DNA of 64,000 bases, from the NCBI GenBank assembly GCA_036172245.1, contig JAYWIR010000009.1, forward strand, positions 2,728,001 through 2,792,000, read 5' to 3'. The notes under the pieces were generated by a model. The model was not told where the DNA came from, made no database searches, and saw only the letters and a list, made by a program, of their open reading frames with translations. Of this stretch, positions 25,050 through 38,199 are shown in pieces (the stretch's first letter is position 1; the number at the start of each line of letters is the position of its first letter). Source of the stretch: Raillietiella orientalis (taxonomy: Eukaryota). A program made the position numbers and the translations under genes.

Positions 25050-26600
25050 GGGGCGATCAAGGAAAGAGTGGGAAAGGAGCGCTGAGAATTCCACAGTGCT
25101 GCCCTCCCGGCAAGCGGAAGCAGAATGCTGCGGAAGGAAGCAAGGACGCTCTGGGTCTCCGCCAAACAGGCCGACCACATACCCGCCTCGGTGAAGGCGC
25201 GAACGCATGAGAGGGAGCCCACGAGTAAGTAAAGGAAGCTCCATCCAGGGAGTTCCCCCACAGGGTTCGTTCCCCACTCGGAGACGTGCCCGATTGCCGG
25301 TCTTGACCTCTGCTTATGGATCCGGATGTGCCGCAACGCCTGCAGATGGGTTCGAGGTGTTCTTCGAGAGTGCTTTCCAGGGTCCACGCAGCAGCGAGGG
25401 AGCAGCAAACCGGCTTACCAGGGATATCCTCGAAGCTGCACGGTAGGGAGGCTCGAGAGTGTGCCGGTGAGCGTTCGGCACCAGCTGAAAGAACGCGCCG
25501 AGGAGATTCCTCCTTGGGCAGTCCCCCTGTCGAATCTTTTCGTCCCAGCTGAATGCCAAGAGTAAGAAGATCTCTCTGAGAAAGACCTGGATTTTTTTCC
25601 TTTTCGATCCATTCGATTGCAGCCACGACTCTTTTGATTGTGAGGGGTCCGTGAAGCCGGATGAAAGGCTCCTTCGAGAAACTGCATGTGGCGGCCTTGA
25701 GCAGCTGTGTGAAGCAATCCCTACGTACGAGTACGAGTAGCATCTTCTTACTACGCGGAGTAAGCGCTTCGACGAGGGGCACAGCTGGCCTTCGGCGACG
25801 TAGCAGCTCTGCTGCATTCGATTGCCAGGTTTGCCTATCCATCAACGTAGCGCGCTACTGCCAGATGGCTGACTGTCCGTCGAAAGTTTCGGGCGCGAAG
25901 GCAGTCTTCCCTGCCCTTCGGCGAAGCTTGCTGGGAAGACGGTGCAGAGGATTCCACTCGTAGGGGAGGCGTACGGGGATCTTTAATGTGACCCCAGTCT
26001 TTTCACCATGTGAACAGACCCAGTCAGATCCCGGTGGCCGATCACGCGTTCTCTTTGTTTCGAGGCCTCTCCCGGAAGGAAGTGGTCGAAGCTCCATTTC
26101 TGCAGTGATCCAAGAAGGCAGAACGCCGTTTGTGCTAGCTGGTTATCGGAGAGCACATGGTCGATGGCTCGTAGTGTGCAACGCAGCACACAACCCGATT
26201 ATGCTGACCTCAACCAGTCCTTCAGGAGTGTCTACAAAATTCCATCCTTTTCCTGCTCGCAGGCATGTGCGGAGCAACCTCAAGGATTCCTCCTGAGAAG
26301 TGGCTGACACTTTGTGTATCCCCTGAAGAAATGAGAGATCGAAACGCCTCAGGGATACCGCTACACGGCGTCTCCTCGTGTCGCTCCACGGAACGTCGCT
26401 GTTCCATGAGGGCCAGGATGGATCGCGCGTGACGAAACTGACCCTGCTATTATTCCTGGGGATTTCCTTTTTTTGCCTTCGTCTTTCGATGTGGCGGCGA
26501 CGTCCTCCGGACTCCGACGGGGCTGGCAAGCCGCTGCAGTTCCCGGACTCTCAGAAGCCATCTATTTTTCATCTGCGCTTTGAGCTTCCCCGCTCTCCGA
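25050..26600 (-). pseudogene. Decayed LRR-RLK (LRR then kinase N-lobe)
   Basis: SLRRFDLSFLQG and TLRAIDHVLSDNQL, then FTQLLKAATCSFSKEPFI (cf. FTxxELKAATxxFS) and STLEEHL. Confidence 0.6.
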
Positions 26601-26755
26601 AAAGTCATTAAAAATCCACGGCGAATGGCCAAATCGGTACGACTCCTCCTCCAGGGCCTGGGACCTCTCGGCAGTGCTGCTACGGAGCGCCCCCGCTTCA
26701 CCCATGGCATAGAAAAGGAGGCGTGACCAGCGTCCGGCGACCTCGTGCCGGATGG

Positions 26756-27560
26756 GTTGACACTCGGTTGCGCCGGGGCGTTTATTTATATAAAAAATAA
26801 ACATACAAGACAGTGGCAGGGTGCCTGGTCCTGCCACGTCACAAATATAAGAGGAACCTGCCGAGGACCGGCATGCCGGCCGTCGAGGTTCGCCTCGACA
26901 GCAGAGGGGAGAGGAGGGGAAAACAACAAAGGGAAAGATAAAAGAAAAAAATATATACCAAAAATGGGGAGGGTTCGAAAAGGACTCACCGGCGTAGGCG
27001 TAGGGCATCCTCTGCATCCTTATAAGGATGCTGGCAAGTTCCTGTTTCGGAATCCCCAGATGGATTACCTTGAAGCTATCCCCATGAAGAGAACAGCAAA
27101 ATAGATGGCTTCCCTGTCTTTCTGGCTTCCTCTGGCGTTTCTCCAGGCGGCCACGGTCCCGCCGTGTAGGCAAGAGAGTGCTGCTACGGATGCGGCCGGC
27201 GTGAGAGCGTCGCGCAGGAAGAGGCACTTCGAAACGCCTCTGGGATTGCCCTCGGGGATACGCAGGGACTCAGCAAAGCGTTCCCACAGGAGGCGAAGGG
27301 CAACACAATCCACGAGCACGTGCGGGAGGGACTCTCTTTCTCCGCACCTGCTGCAGTTGGGACTCATCTCCTCACAGAAGTCCAGTGGTGTCGGCGGGCA
27401 TTGCATGGGAGGCCCCCAATGCAGCAGCAGGAACGTCTTGCCCCTTCAGGGGGGAGGTTGCATTGTGCTGCATGGACGGTGGCGATTGTGACCCTCGACG
27501 GTGCCGTGGACCACACCAGGATGACCGGCTCGACATTCTGCGGATTGGAGGCGTTCTCGA
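26756..27560 (-). mobile_element. 5'-truncated LINE copy
   Basis: CSRCGERESLPHVLVDC, conserved 3' UTR stems and terminal motif aataaacgccccggcgcaaccgagtg. Possible TSD ccggatggRtt at 26748-26758 / 27561-27571. Confidence 0.8.
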
Positions 27561-27749
27561 CCGGATGGATTCCCTCGAGGGGATGGTTCATGAATGAAGA
27601 ACGTCTGATGATGTGATGATTATGCGAATTGTGGTGTTATAAGGTAGTAGTATAAGAGGAGTCAGTATATAGGTGTTAAATAAGGAACTAAATTAGTAGT
27701 TCTAGAATTTATTGTGGTAATTATAACTTGAAGAGAACCCGTCCGGAGC

Positions 27750-29000
27750 TGCTACTGCTGCTGAGGCGGCGGCCGCCGGCCCGCGCCGTGTCCCTTGCCG
27801 GCGTTGACACGGGGAAGGAGGGTATGAGGAGGAGCTGCTGCCGAGGAGAAGGTAGACGAGACCTTTGCCACTTTTTGGATTACAGGAGCCATGCGCCCTC
27901 GGTGCGGTTCCTCATGGAGCCGATGACGACCCTTACCAGGGGACCGAGGTGCCCCCGAAGGGGCCATCCTCTCTAGTCACCGAAGCCTTGATCCAGACTC
28001 TCCCTAGGTCCACCTGCGAGACGAGGCAGTGCTCAGAGAAGATGGCTGCGTTCACAAAGATGGCCCCAAGCAGGGCTCGAAGGACTCCCGCCAGCGTTCT
28101 GCGCTTCAGGAGCTGGCCGAGCAGGTAGGGCAGCCACACGGGCTGCAGGGCGCTCCAGAAAGACGGCCACGCTTCCCAGGGATCCTCCGAGAAGGGAAGT
28201 GCCGTCACCGCCGCCTCCCGAAGCGAAGATCTCGGAAACCTGGGGACGGGAAGGGATGGGTGTCCCTTTCTCCCGTCTTCTTCCTCATGAAGGATGGCCC
28301 GCCCTTACCGGGACGGAACCCAGGACGCAGTCTCCTCCCAGGCGCTGCCGGAGAAAAGTCAACTCCCCATTCAGGTTCAGGACCGCCGAAGGACTGCATG
28401 TAGCTGCTGGTGGTGGCGGTGCCGTCCGAAGACGTGGCGGGGCCACTGAATCTCTGTGAAGAGTGAGGAAGCTGGACCGCGTAGGCTTCCTCCAGAAATG
28501 TCTCAGAAAGACTTTTCTCCATCAGCTTTGCTAGACTGCATGCCCCCTCCCTCTTAAGGAATCTTAGAGAGGTCCGCTGGCAGATCCTTACGAATGTTTC
28601 GCGCCTGCGCACTCCATGCCGTAGCTTTTGTATCGATGGCTCGTTTTTGGGAGATTCTCTTGCCTCCACCAAGAGCCCTGGGATCACCCTGATGTGCTGC
28701 CATTCTTTCGTTAACTCTTCGTAGTTAGATTCCCTACCTTATAAATGAGAGTGGAGGGCTGCACTACTGGGTCACGCAGGTCCTGGTCTCCACGTCCATG
28801 AGTCCAGAGGGGGTCTTCCCGCCTTCCAGAAATTCCCCCGAAGGGACTTTCGTTCCAGAGGCAACGGTCTCCCCGCCGACGCCGACCTTCTTCAGGGTTC
28901 TGTGATGCCACCCCATCCTCGGGGTAATTTCCCTAACGGCCTTCCTGTTTGCCATCCTCTGGACTGCCCAAGCCTCACTGAGCACGCACACCAACTTCGC
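27750..29000 (-). mobile_element. LINE ORF1-like fragment
   Basis: AWPSFWSALQPVWLPYLLGQLL..LLGAIFVN..LVSQVDL resembles the plant L1 ORF1 segment following DUF4283 (W.P.F...PVWV.LP...IG.P..VD...VEVDL). Confidence 0.45.
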
Positions 29001-29499
29001 TGACTATTAGGGAGAGCGGATGCGTTCACGAAGGCAGAGGTTGCGGAAGAGTTCACGGGACGCATCGGTGCTCTCCGGCGCGTGTCCTGGGAAACGCAGC
29101 GTTATCCTCTCAAACTCGTGAACATCTCGAGAAAAGCAGCGTCTCTTGCGCGCGGTAATTTTTGTCGGTGCCGACGCTGAAATCGTTTCGAAGACGTCTG
29201 ACGCGCTCGACCTACGTGTCCATCGCGTGCGGCGAATAGCACGAACCTAAAGGTCGCCATTTCAAAGGGTGCTCAGGCAGCTGGATTGAAAGGACAAAGC
29301 CGTGGGTCCTGGGTTACCTTGCCTTCTGTGCCTCGACCCACAGTACCAATCCATCGGATCTCAAAGTATTCGCTCTGGTAAGCGAAGCAGGCATGTAAGG
29401 TCACAGGAATAAGCACAATAAATTGGAAGAGCTCCACGTCTCTTCTGCAGCGCAGATTAAGCAGACTTCATTACGGTAGCATTCACATCTTGAAAGCCA

Positions 29500-32400
29500 G
29501 CATCACTGGAAACCGAAATAAAAGGAAACGATGTGACGAATGTTCCCGAAACAAAAGATGATGCTCTGTGGTGCTGATACATTCTCGAAGGAAACAAATC
29601 TCAGCTGATAAGGAAGAATACGTTCGTTCGTGCTCCTGCGGCGTGGCAACTTATGAATCACCATCTGCTGACATAGGAGACTGCCATCATCATGCAAGCA
29701 GTGACTGTACTCTGTTCAGACTGTCTGGCACAGGCTTTTTTGATTCATTCTTCCAACGTCTTTCGAAAAGGGCAGTTGAAATCAGTGGAATCGGTTGATG
29801 TCCTCTACAGCATCCTTCGCGGAACCGGAACCAGCTGAAACCAAAGCTAAGCTCGCTCCCGTTTGATGTTCTCTGTTTCTGGAGCCAGTAAGCACGCTCG
29901 TTCAGCCTCATCAACTGCGTGCCGGATCATTCTCTCGCAAACGAAATCAGATATCGCTCTCATCATTGGTTGCAAACGTGTGCACCTTGCGAGCGCGATG
30001 CTGTTTGGTTGTTTGCCCTCCTTTTCTTCCGGAGGAATGGTCAAAACGCCCTGATGGCAGCTGCGAAAGATATCAGAGACAGAAGCTCGCCAGCACGCCC
30101 CCTTTGTCACGGAAGGTGCTGTCCGTGGTACCCTCTGTGAAACCGCCCAGCCGTAGCCACTATTGGATAGGGAAACCCACTCTGCGTGGGTCGCAGAGCT
30201 TTGAATAAACAGACCCATCTTCCAAATTTATGATCGGTCATTTGTGAGGAAAGCCGTCTACCGTTTGAAGGAAAAGCGAGGGGTTCAATCTCCTCTTCGA
30301 GCCAACTCCTTACACGAAAACACGGGAGTTCCCCTCTTCAGTCCTCGTTCTCATCCCTCCGTTTCCATGACTCCTCGCTATTGCATCGTGTTTCGCATTC
30401 TTGGTATCGAATTCTTGCGTTCTGAAACCTCAACTTCCAAGTGAGCAGATTCCGTCTCTGGACAAACCGAAACCTCATGGGTAAATTCCATCCTTTCCGC
30501 CGCTTCCTGGAAACCTCACAGAGAAGTTTGGAGTTTCCGCTTTGCGACCATCTCGAAGCACCTCGCACGTAGAAGCGGTGAAGTAGAGTTGCCGCTTGGT
30601 CACGCCAGGGTGTTCATGCTTTGAATAAACTTACAACTTTCGTGGCGGGGCATGTAGCCCCACCACGGCCCACCCTACAATGGACCTGTTGGATCGCTGT
30701 CCGCAGACCGGCTGGGCTGACCTCGGTAGCGGAAGGAGATGAGAAAAAACAAAAAGAAAAAGAAAAACATTGTGGAGGGCCGCTAAGGGATCACTGTTTT
30801 CTGGAGGGAGCTTGCATCTTTTCCAGGATGCCGGCTACGTCTGTCCGAATATGCCCCAGGTGGAGACATCTGACTTCTATCCGCAGAAAGCGAACAGCGA
30901 AGTGGACGGCATCCCTCTCGTTTCTTCCTTGTCGGCGTCGCTCCACGCTGCCACAATCCCGCGGAGGAAGCAATGTGCTGATACGACTGCTGCTGGCTGC
31001 AAGGAGTCCTGCACAAAGAGGAGGCACACAACATTCCTGGGGTTGCCGCTGGGGATTCCAAGCGTCGTAGCAAAGTTCTCCCAAAGGGAGGAGTGCAACA
31101 CAGTCCACTAGCAGGTGAGGGAGGTATTGCCCAACAGTTTGGGTTCACAGCCTCTCGTGTCCAGTGATGCTGGCGGGCTCTTCACGGGAGACTCCGGTGC
31201 AGCAAGCAGCAGCATTAACGCCGACTTCTGCCACTTCATGGGGAGGGTGTGTCTATCCAAAAGCGCTGAGGGCTAATACAGATCTTCTACCAGAAGTCCC
31301 AGTAGCTTGCCCGAGCGCAAAAGTCCACAGGGTGGGGTACTCGGGTTCTCAGCGTCCCTAAGCTGGCCTGCCGTCCATTCGCCCAGATCTCTTCTCCTTT
31401 CGGAAATGTTCACACGAACCGCCCATTTAGCCAACAGGCTGCGGCCCATATGTTCCCTCAGGAAGGGCAGCGCTGCGGCAAAGGAGGCTGTTAATCCGTC
31501 CACGAGCTCCTTGATGGGTGTTCCAGGATCTCCAGGAGGCCAGCAGTTGTTATAGGAACAGTTCAGCAAACGCTGTGTCTGTTGCGGGCATAGCTTGTTG
31601 TGCTGCGCCCACGTGCGAACGGATTGCTGCAACCAGACACTACCGTTTGCGGGGGCGGCAGGAGTTCCAGCTGTTCTTAGGGTATCCACCTGCCGAAATT
31701 GCAGTCCGTAGTGGGCGATGTTGCGGCGACGGCGCGTAAGGAAGGACACGTGTCCCATGCTGCCGTTGGCTTGCTGGACGAGGAGGCATGCAGGTTGGCC
31801 CCAAAGCGGTGAAGTAGAAGCGCCCTCGCTGCTCCAGACTGGCTTCCGCAACGGAGGGCGCTGGATGGTTCCTCTGCGATATGAGAAAAATCAACGTCGC
31901 GACTTCGAGATTCGTGCTCCAGTTCTCCGCCACAGAGAGCCGTGAACGCTCCTTTGAAGCCGTGTGCAGGTGATTTTTCACGGTGGACCATGAAAGTCCG
32001 CACCACACCTTCGTTGCAGCTGAGCTGGTCGGTAGAGTCCACTCTCCGGCCGCTTCCCCTTGTAGACCAGGCTCACTCCGATCTTCTTGATCGGAACTCA
32101 CACGATTGGAGCGCCACAGCTTCGAAGGTGCCTTAATCTGGGAATCGCGTGAAATCAGCTGCCCAATCTGTGCCCCGAGAGGCGTGAAAATTGTGTGCAA
32201 AGGATTTCCGGAATCCAAAAGCCCAAAGTCCACTCGCAGTGAGGTCCCCTGGTCGTAGTGGAAAGCCAGCCCTCTGCTGTTCGACAGCCGGCGGAGCTTG
32301 TGACGTGAAAGGCACTTGTGATGTTTTGAACACGGAGTCTCTGGCGAGCCATCTGTGCAAATCTGTTTTGAGACCTTGGCTGAGAGAACAGAAACCACCA

Positions 32401-32750
32401 TCCCGGAAGTGGCTGGTGAAGCAGGGAGACTCTGGCTGGAAGATTTCCCGTGCCTTCCTCTCGTCACCTTCACCTCACTCTCTGAAAGGACTTTCTTGTT
32501 GATCCACCATGTCCAACTCCCAAATCCTTGGAAAATCCGTGCTCCGTCCTTAGAAGCGGAGCGGAGCTGCGACAGTCGAATGTAAGACCTTTTCCTCTGT
32601 GCTCATGCCTCGCTGGTGGTGTTTCGTGTCTTCATGTCCGCTTCCTTTCGTCTGGGCACAGTTCAGTGCAGCAGCTTTCGAGAACCGTTCCGGGTTCCAG
32701 CTTATGAATCCAGCCTCGCCCCTGGGCACTTCCATCTGGCGTATATCTAC
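29500..32750 (+). pseudogene. Decayed LRR ectodomain split by the LINE at 30588-31803
   Basis: PSADIGDC, NRNQL, RVHLASAMLFGCLPS and LRANSLH lie before the insertion. LERHSFEGAL, TIPEVAGEAGRL and QFSAAAFEN lie after it. Confidence 0.5.
30588..31803 (-). mobile_element. 5'-truncated LINE copy (longest ORF2 piece in the window)
   Basis: FAAALPFLREHMG..LGEWTAGQLRDAENPSTPP and LWENFATTLGIPSGNPR. Terminal motif atgaacaccctggcgtgaccaagcggcaa. Perfect 15-bp TSD aagcggtgaagtaga at 30573-30587 / 31804-31818. Confidence 0.85.
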
Positions 32751-32781
32751 TGAGGCAAACGTGTTTGAAGGTGGGCTTTAT

Positions 32782-33000
32782 CTAAGTAAATACTGAAAAA
32801 GTCACACCCAATAGATCACTTTTAAGAAGGGAAAGAAATTTTAATGATGGAATAGGGTCCTGCCTCCCCAGCATATGAAGAATGTCCTCACGATGAACGT
32901 GTGCTAGGCTTTGGAGAAGGTACCAAATGAGTTCATGAAAGTGGACGAGGATATTAGGGGACGAACGGGTGGTTCCATAGCAGTTTATCATCGTCATCAA
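32782..33000 (-). pseudogene. Short protein-kinase subdomain VIa-like remnant
   Basis: WYLLQSLAHVHREDILH resembles xxQLLxALxxxHxxxILH(RD). Only one motif supports this call. Confidence 0.3.
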
Positions 33001-33099
33001 TAACAGGTGTGTGTTTTCAATTAAGAATGATTTCGATATGCGTCGTTCTCGGGACGCCTTCGGTTGCGTTTATGGCGGTCGCAACGGAATCGTGCTCAA

Positions 33100-33800
33100 G
33101 AACCTTGAGCGCGGTTCTCCATCTCATAGGAGTGTGCAGCTTCGTTCAGAACAGGCAGCTTCTTTAGAGCTCGAAGACATTGTCTGAGCGCACCAGTCCA
33201 CCGAGAAACCACTGGCATCTTTACCGTTGATGCCACCTCTTGATGTTTTATGTTGTACGGGCGGACCGTTCCAGGAGATCTTGGAGATCGAAATTCACGG
33301 CTGAATTCCTTTCTTTTGGAGTTGAGATTCCTCCGAACCAACCAGGAAGACACAATAGTTCTCGGTTCCTCGGAGACAGAGTGCGTCTTCGTGTCCCAAT
33401 GGTTCCTCTGGTCAACTGGGCCATGTATTTGGCTTTAGTAACATTCTTAGACTTGTGCTCCATTATCGGTCCATTCCGGTGTGCAGAGGTTTGGTTGGTG
33501 TTGAGCCAAAAGTGCTCGAGCATCAGCTTAAACGAGACCGTCGCGCTGGAATTCTTGCCGTCCATCAACAAGAGTGCTTTCCTTTCGGCAGCATGTTTGC
33601 CGATGCTTCTCCTTCGGACGAAGCAGCTTTCCGATGTCCAAGTGCCCTCGTCCGGCAGTCCGGAAACCCGCTGCTAAGCTCAGGAGAAAGACACGCCGAT
33701 CTCGCGCAATGGCCGATGGTGATCCTGGAGCGTTCGTAAAACGCAACCTTCGAGGCTGGGAAGGGTCGTGGCGTCACCTTCCACCCCTCTTGGAACACCA
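33100..33800 (+). pseudogene. Decayed LRR fragment
   Basis: SFGVEIPPN, LVTFLDLCS and LLLRTKQLSDVQVPSS. Confidence 0.45.
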
Positions 33801-33879
33801 AGTGCGGCTCTAGATCTTCGGGTGGACGCTGCGCATCCGGGAACGTCATCGGGGAAGAGGATGGCTCTGAAGCGAGAGG

Positions 33880-34818
33880 ACTCCCCTCCCTGAGAGAGCA
33901 GATGGGCAGCAACCCACCATCAAGATGGGAGGTAATTTGCGAACTGAGCACAAGAAGGAAAGCGTTAGGTGGTTGGACCACGGACCAGCTCACAGATGCT
34001 GCGACCCCAATTGGCACGCCGAAAGGACTCTGGCGCTGGGGCGTGATACTCGGAATTCCCTGGGAAGACCTCGAGTGGTCATCCAGAGCTCCCGAACAGG
34101 CGCATCCTTCCTTTTCAGTGGCAAGAGTCGGCACTTCTGCTGTTGTGTCTGGGCGTCCCATGCATCGCTCGCCGACATCACTGGACTCGGGTAGGTAGGG
34201 GGGTCGGGTGAGTCCAAACTCTAGCAGGTTCGGCAAACGGGTGAACCCCTCCGGCACCTGCTTATGAACTGCATTGCCCCCAGATCCCGTGGAAACGCTT
34301 TGTCGTGACCCTAGGGACCCCCGACGGCAACTCCAGAGACGTTCTGAAGCTCCCCCTTTGTGCATAATGCCCTACCGCCAGCCGCGTCCTCCGCAGCTTT
34401 TTGTCGCCTCCGAGGGATTGCGGCTGTCTTAAGCGCCGTCGAGAGGAACGACATGGATGCCATCAACTTTGCGATGCGTTTCTTGAAGATTACATTGAGA
34501 TGACTCCGTCTGGGAGGCACACAGCTTGAACTTGCCGACATCCTTGGAAGGATGAAGAGGACTCCCGCCAGCAGGCAGTGATCCCTCCCCAATCTTTCCA
34601 GAGGGCTTTTTTCATATTTATTTTATTTGGATTTAATTTTATTTTTTCTTCTGTTCGCCCTTCTCTCCCTTGCTGCCAAGGGGAAGCTCGGATCGGTCTG
34701 CAGGCCGGCTTCTCGGCAAGTTCTTCGATCAGTGGACGCGGCAGGAACCTACAGTCCTACCACGGCCTTTTCTACGCCGACTAGAAGAAATGAAGGTCCC
34801 AACGTAACCGGGCTAGAA
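33880..34818 (+). mobile_element. 5'-truncated LINE copy
   Basis: WEVICELSTRRKALGGWTTDQLTDAATP..WGVILGIP, 3' UTR stems and terminal motif aatgaaggtcccaacgtaaccgggctagaa. TSD agcgagagg at 33871-33879 / 34821-34829. Confidence 0.8.
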
Positions 34819-35099
34819 GGAGCGAGAGGTCCCCGTGAAAAGCGGGGGCGGTCGGGCTGGTCCTCTTCTTCCGGCACTCGAGGGGATTGTCCGCAGACGT
34901 GTGACTGCCCTCCAGCTGATGCGGCCTCCAAGCGACGGGCGGGACCTCCGGGGCTGTTCCTCCGAGGGTGCCCGCTCTAGGAGGAAGTTCGGAGGTTACG
35001 GTCCTTCGTCCTTCTAGGAAGGCAAAAGTTCCCCTTCTTTAGGGAGCGAAGGGGAGGAAGAAGACGAATTCCGTGTGCGCGGGGCGGAGATGGAAGGAA

Positions 35100-36250
35100 T
35101 CGTCAGGAAACCTCGCGAGCAGGAGATGCTCGGAGCATCACGGAGACGACGGAGGCTCGGAGATGAACAAGCGTTCCGAATTTATCATTGATAAACTCGT
35201 CTTTCCGGCTCTGTCAGCGCAGCAAGGAATGTCGGGATTCAGGAGATTCCTGACTCGAGATATAAAACTGTGCTTCTCCGTATGACGGTTTTTGGGCAGC
35301 CAGAATTGTTGCTTTGGCACTCTGCAAGACCTTGGAGGTGTTGCGGAGAGAAGATTGCGCTTGCTCCAATGGACAGAGAGGAGGACGAGTATCTGGTGGG
35401 ACAGTGGTCAAGAAGCAAAAGTGCCGCCCAGAGCGCAGCCAGTGAGCAGAGCAGGTAGTGGTGGGGAAGACCCCTAGGGGAAGCATCTCAGCGCATCGTG
35501 GTGGACCGTCGATTACGCGCCTGGGAAAAACTCTTCGTTTTTCCAGGCGTCCCTCTTTACGCTCCCAGTTTGGTGTGCATGGGAAAAAACTCATCCGGAG
35601 ACTGCGACCTCCCTGCTTGGCTGGGTTCTCGTGGTCTCCTAAGAGCCGTTGCAGCCCTCCATGCCGATGGCTTTCGAAGTCTTCGGTTCAACATCTGGTT
35701 CGCCCGTGCTAGCAGCTGAGACTGGATTTTTCGAACGATGGCATTTCAATTTCATTTGGAAAAAAAGGGGCGTGCAAGAATAGAAGTACATGAGCTGGTT
35801 CCGCACCGTCTTCCAGGATTTTCATGACCAGCGCTGTTAAGAGTTGCACTCCTGAAGACGTGCTTCCAGACGCGATTCGCCTGCACCTTCGATTCGCTGC
35901 TCACCCAAGTCCTCTCGATCCAGACGTTCCCTCGAATTAGAGACTGTTGGTCTCCCAGTCGATGTGTCCGTGGTGGATGTCACGACTGCGCCGGGTACAG
36001 GAGACTGCCACGAGAGGCTTCATTTGCTCCGAGTGATTTCATGGAGAGTTCTTTGACCGAGGTATCCGGCGAGGATGGAAACTTAAAGCTGTCCATGATG
36101 AGGATCTCCGCTTCATCGGACGGCCGCATTAGATCCAAGCAACCCTTCTTCCTATCTTCAAAAAAAAATATTTGTTGACTTTTATTGCTGACAGCGTAGT
36201 AGAGCCTGCAGCATCCATTGATATTCCTCTGTTTACGCACTTCCATTGCC
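35100..36250 (-). pseudogene. Decayed LRR fragment
   Basis: INGCCRLYY, SVKELSM, LGVFPTT, FWLPKNRHT and TSLSMIN. Weak support. Confidence 0.3.
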
Positions 36251-36649
36251 CTTTCTACGCACCCCTATCAAAGTCTGAATAGGCGTGACCGACTGGGAGA
36301 TGGCAGGTTCCTTCTTCATCTCCACAGGACTTTTCTCAGAGAAGAAGCACCTTATTCACACGTTTTCTCCTGGTCGTGTTCTTCGTCCAAAACTCTCAAG
36401 CCTTTGCATGGGCTTTTCCACCATCAGTCAAAGCCGGTTCAAGTTTTCTAGCCACCCTTCTCATGGGAAGGGAGGAGCGAACCGTTCCACACTGTGTCCC
36501 TCCGGTGGTAGAGAAATGGAAACTTTGGCGTCTAATGAGGAATGGAAAAGTGGAGCAATTATACCGTCCGGATGGCTCACTTGAAATACTGATTCCAAGC
36601 TCAGTTTTTTAATTTTTTCTATGGTCTTCACAGTTTCCAGAAATGGAAA

Positions 36650-38000
36650 AAACCATTTCTTTTTGGAACAGTGGAAATTCCCGTGGAGGCATTTCTGGGT
36701 TTTTTTTCTTTTCCAATCCACAAATGGACTGAATCCTTGCAACTCCTGGTTGACGCCTTTCGGTTCGCCAATAGATGAAACTTTCTGACTCTTCCCCATA
36801 GACGAAGACTCAGCAGGCACCAAGGCAGTTCCAAACAACTGCAGAGATCTGATAACTCAGGACTTTTCTCCTGTTCAGAAAGTCATTCTGCAATTTGGCT
36901 TGTTAAAGACACATTTTAACGAAGCTTTAATCAGTTGTAGAGCAGTTGTAGGGATCGGTGAGACTTCTTCCTGGGAGAAACATATGGTCTATGGATATCT
37001 TCCCTGTAATTGTACGGGAACATCTATATTGGTACCCCCGATTAGCCTTTGACATCTTGTGTACCGTCCGCAAAGGCCGTTTTGTACTCGCAAGCTGATA
37101 GTTCGCCGTAGCAGCAGGGGTTAAGAGCAGCGCCCAACTTTACTACAAGGACAGCGGGAATGCCAAAGTAAAGAGTAGAGTGACCATGCAGTCCGCACGG
37201 TCAAATTCAACCTTCTCGATGCTCTGCATTGTCTTCCTCTTGCTGAAGCTTCGTTTGTTTGGATAACGCAAATGCTTTGGGGTGCTTCTCCTTCGTCGCT
37301 TTACTTCCTTTCACCCTTAGTAGAGAACCTTGGAGGGAATCCCTGCCCTGGTTGTCTCCAAAGGGAATTTTCCCTATTCTTTCCAGAAGGGTCACTCGGA
37401 GAATATTTTCACCCCTCATTTCTTACCCGAACTTCTATTATTTGGCTGCCTGTCCGGGGGGTTTCGACTTTTCTTGTGGCACTTGGTTTCTAGGGTGTGT
37501 GCCGCTTACCTAGGCATATGGTTTTCGATCTTCGAGATGTATGGATATGTCTAGACGGGAACCTTCCAGCATTATTCGTTCCCAGAAGAACCGTCCAGAC
37601 GCAAGCCTTCCTGCTGATGCCACTTTACTTCGTATCGGTCCTTTTAGAATTCCTATAGTTTCCGAACTTCCTCGTTGTCTCCGTTTGGTCCTTGTCATCA
37701 CGACACTCATGACGAAGAAACCAATCGCCGTCCTGACCATGGGACATAAAACTCCCTCGATAAAGTTCTTCTGAAACGCAGCACTGGGACGCGGTGATGT
37801 CTGCAAACACATCTCATACCATCAGCCACTTCATTGCATCATTCATTACCTGCGCTCTCATCGGAAGGCTATCCCTACCTCCAATTCGCTTTCCGAACTT
37901 TCAACACAAAGTATTCCGCCTCATTATTTCTGGAAGCAGAGATCCTGCATCCACTGAGGATGCGGCGTCGAACGCTAAATGAGAAAGTTCCTCAGTTATA
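36650..38000 (+). pseudogene. Decayed LRR fragment
   Basis: EIPVEAF, FCNLAC, SFNQL, YGYLPCNCT, FDFSCGTWFLGCVP and ELPRCLRLV. Confidence 0.4.
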
Positions 38001-38199
38001 AATGTCGGCTCGTAGATTTGTGTACCAGTTCCATTCTCCGGAAACTTTGAGGCGCTTTGATGTTTATTTGGAGTTTATTGGGGTTTGGTTATGAAATTAT
38101 TGATAAATTTCGGTGGCACTCAGCAATCGCGAGGGTCGTGGCAATTTAATGTTCTTCCTGGAACCATGTGGCCCCGCCCCTAAGAGAGACACGTCAAAC

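Noticed and set aside
26852..26905. HDV-like ribozyme (ggccggcatg on the minus strand)
   Set aside because: The P1.1, P4 and J4/2 elements cannot be built, and the 10-mer is not conserved in sibling copies.
31819..32780. Possible RT core on the minus strand continuing the LINE (EAGFI, PLGAQIG)
   Set aside because: A perfect TSD closes the element at 31803, no YADD-type or QG motif is convincing, and the plus strand reads better as LRR.
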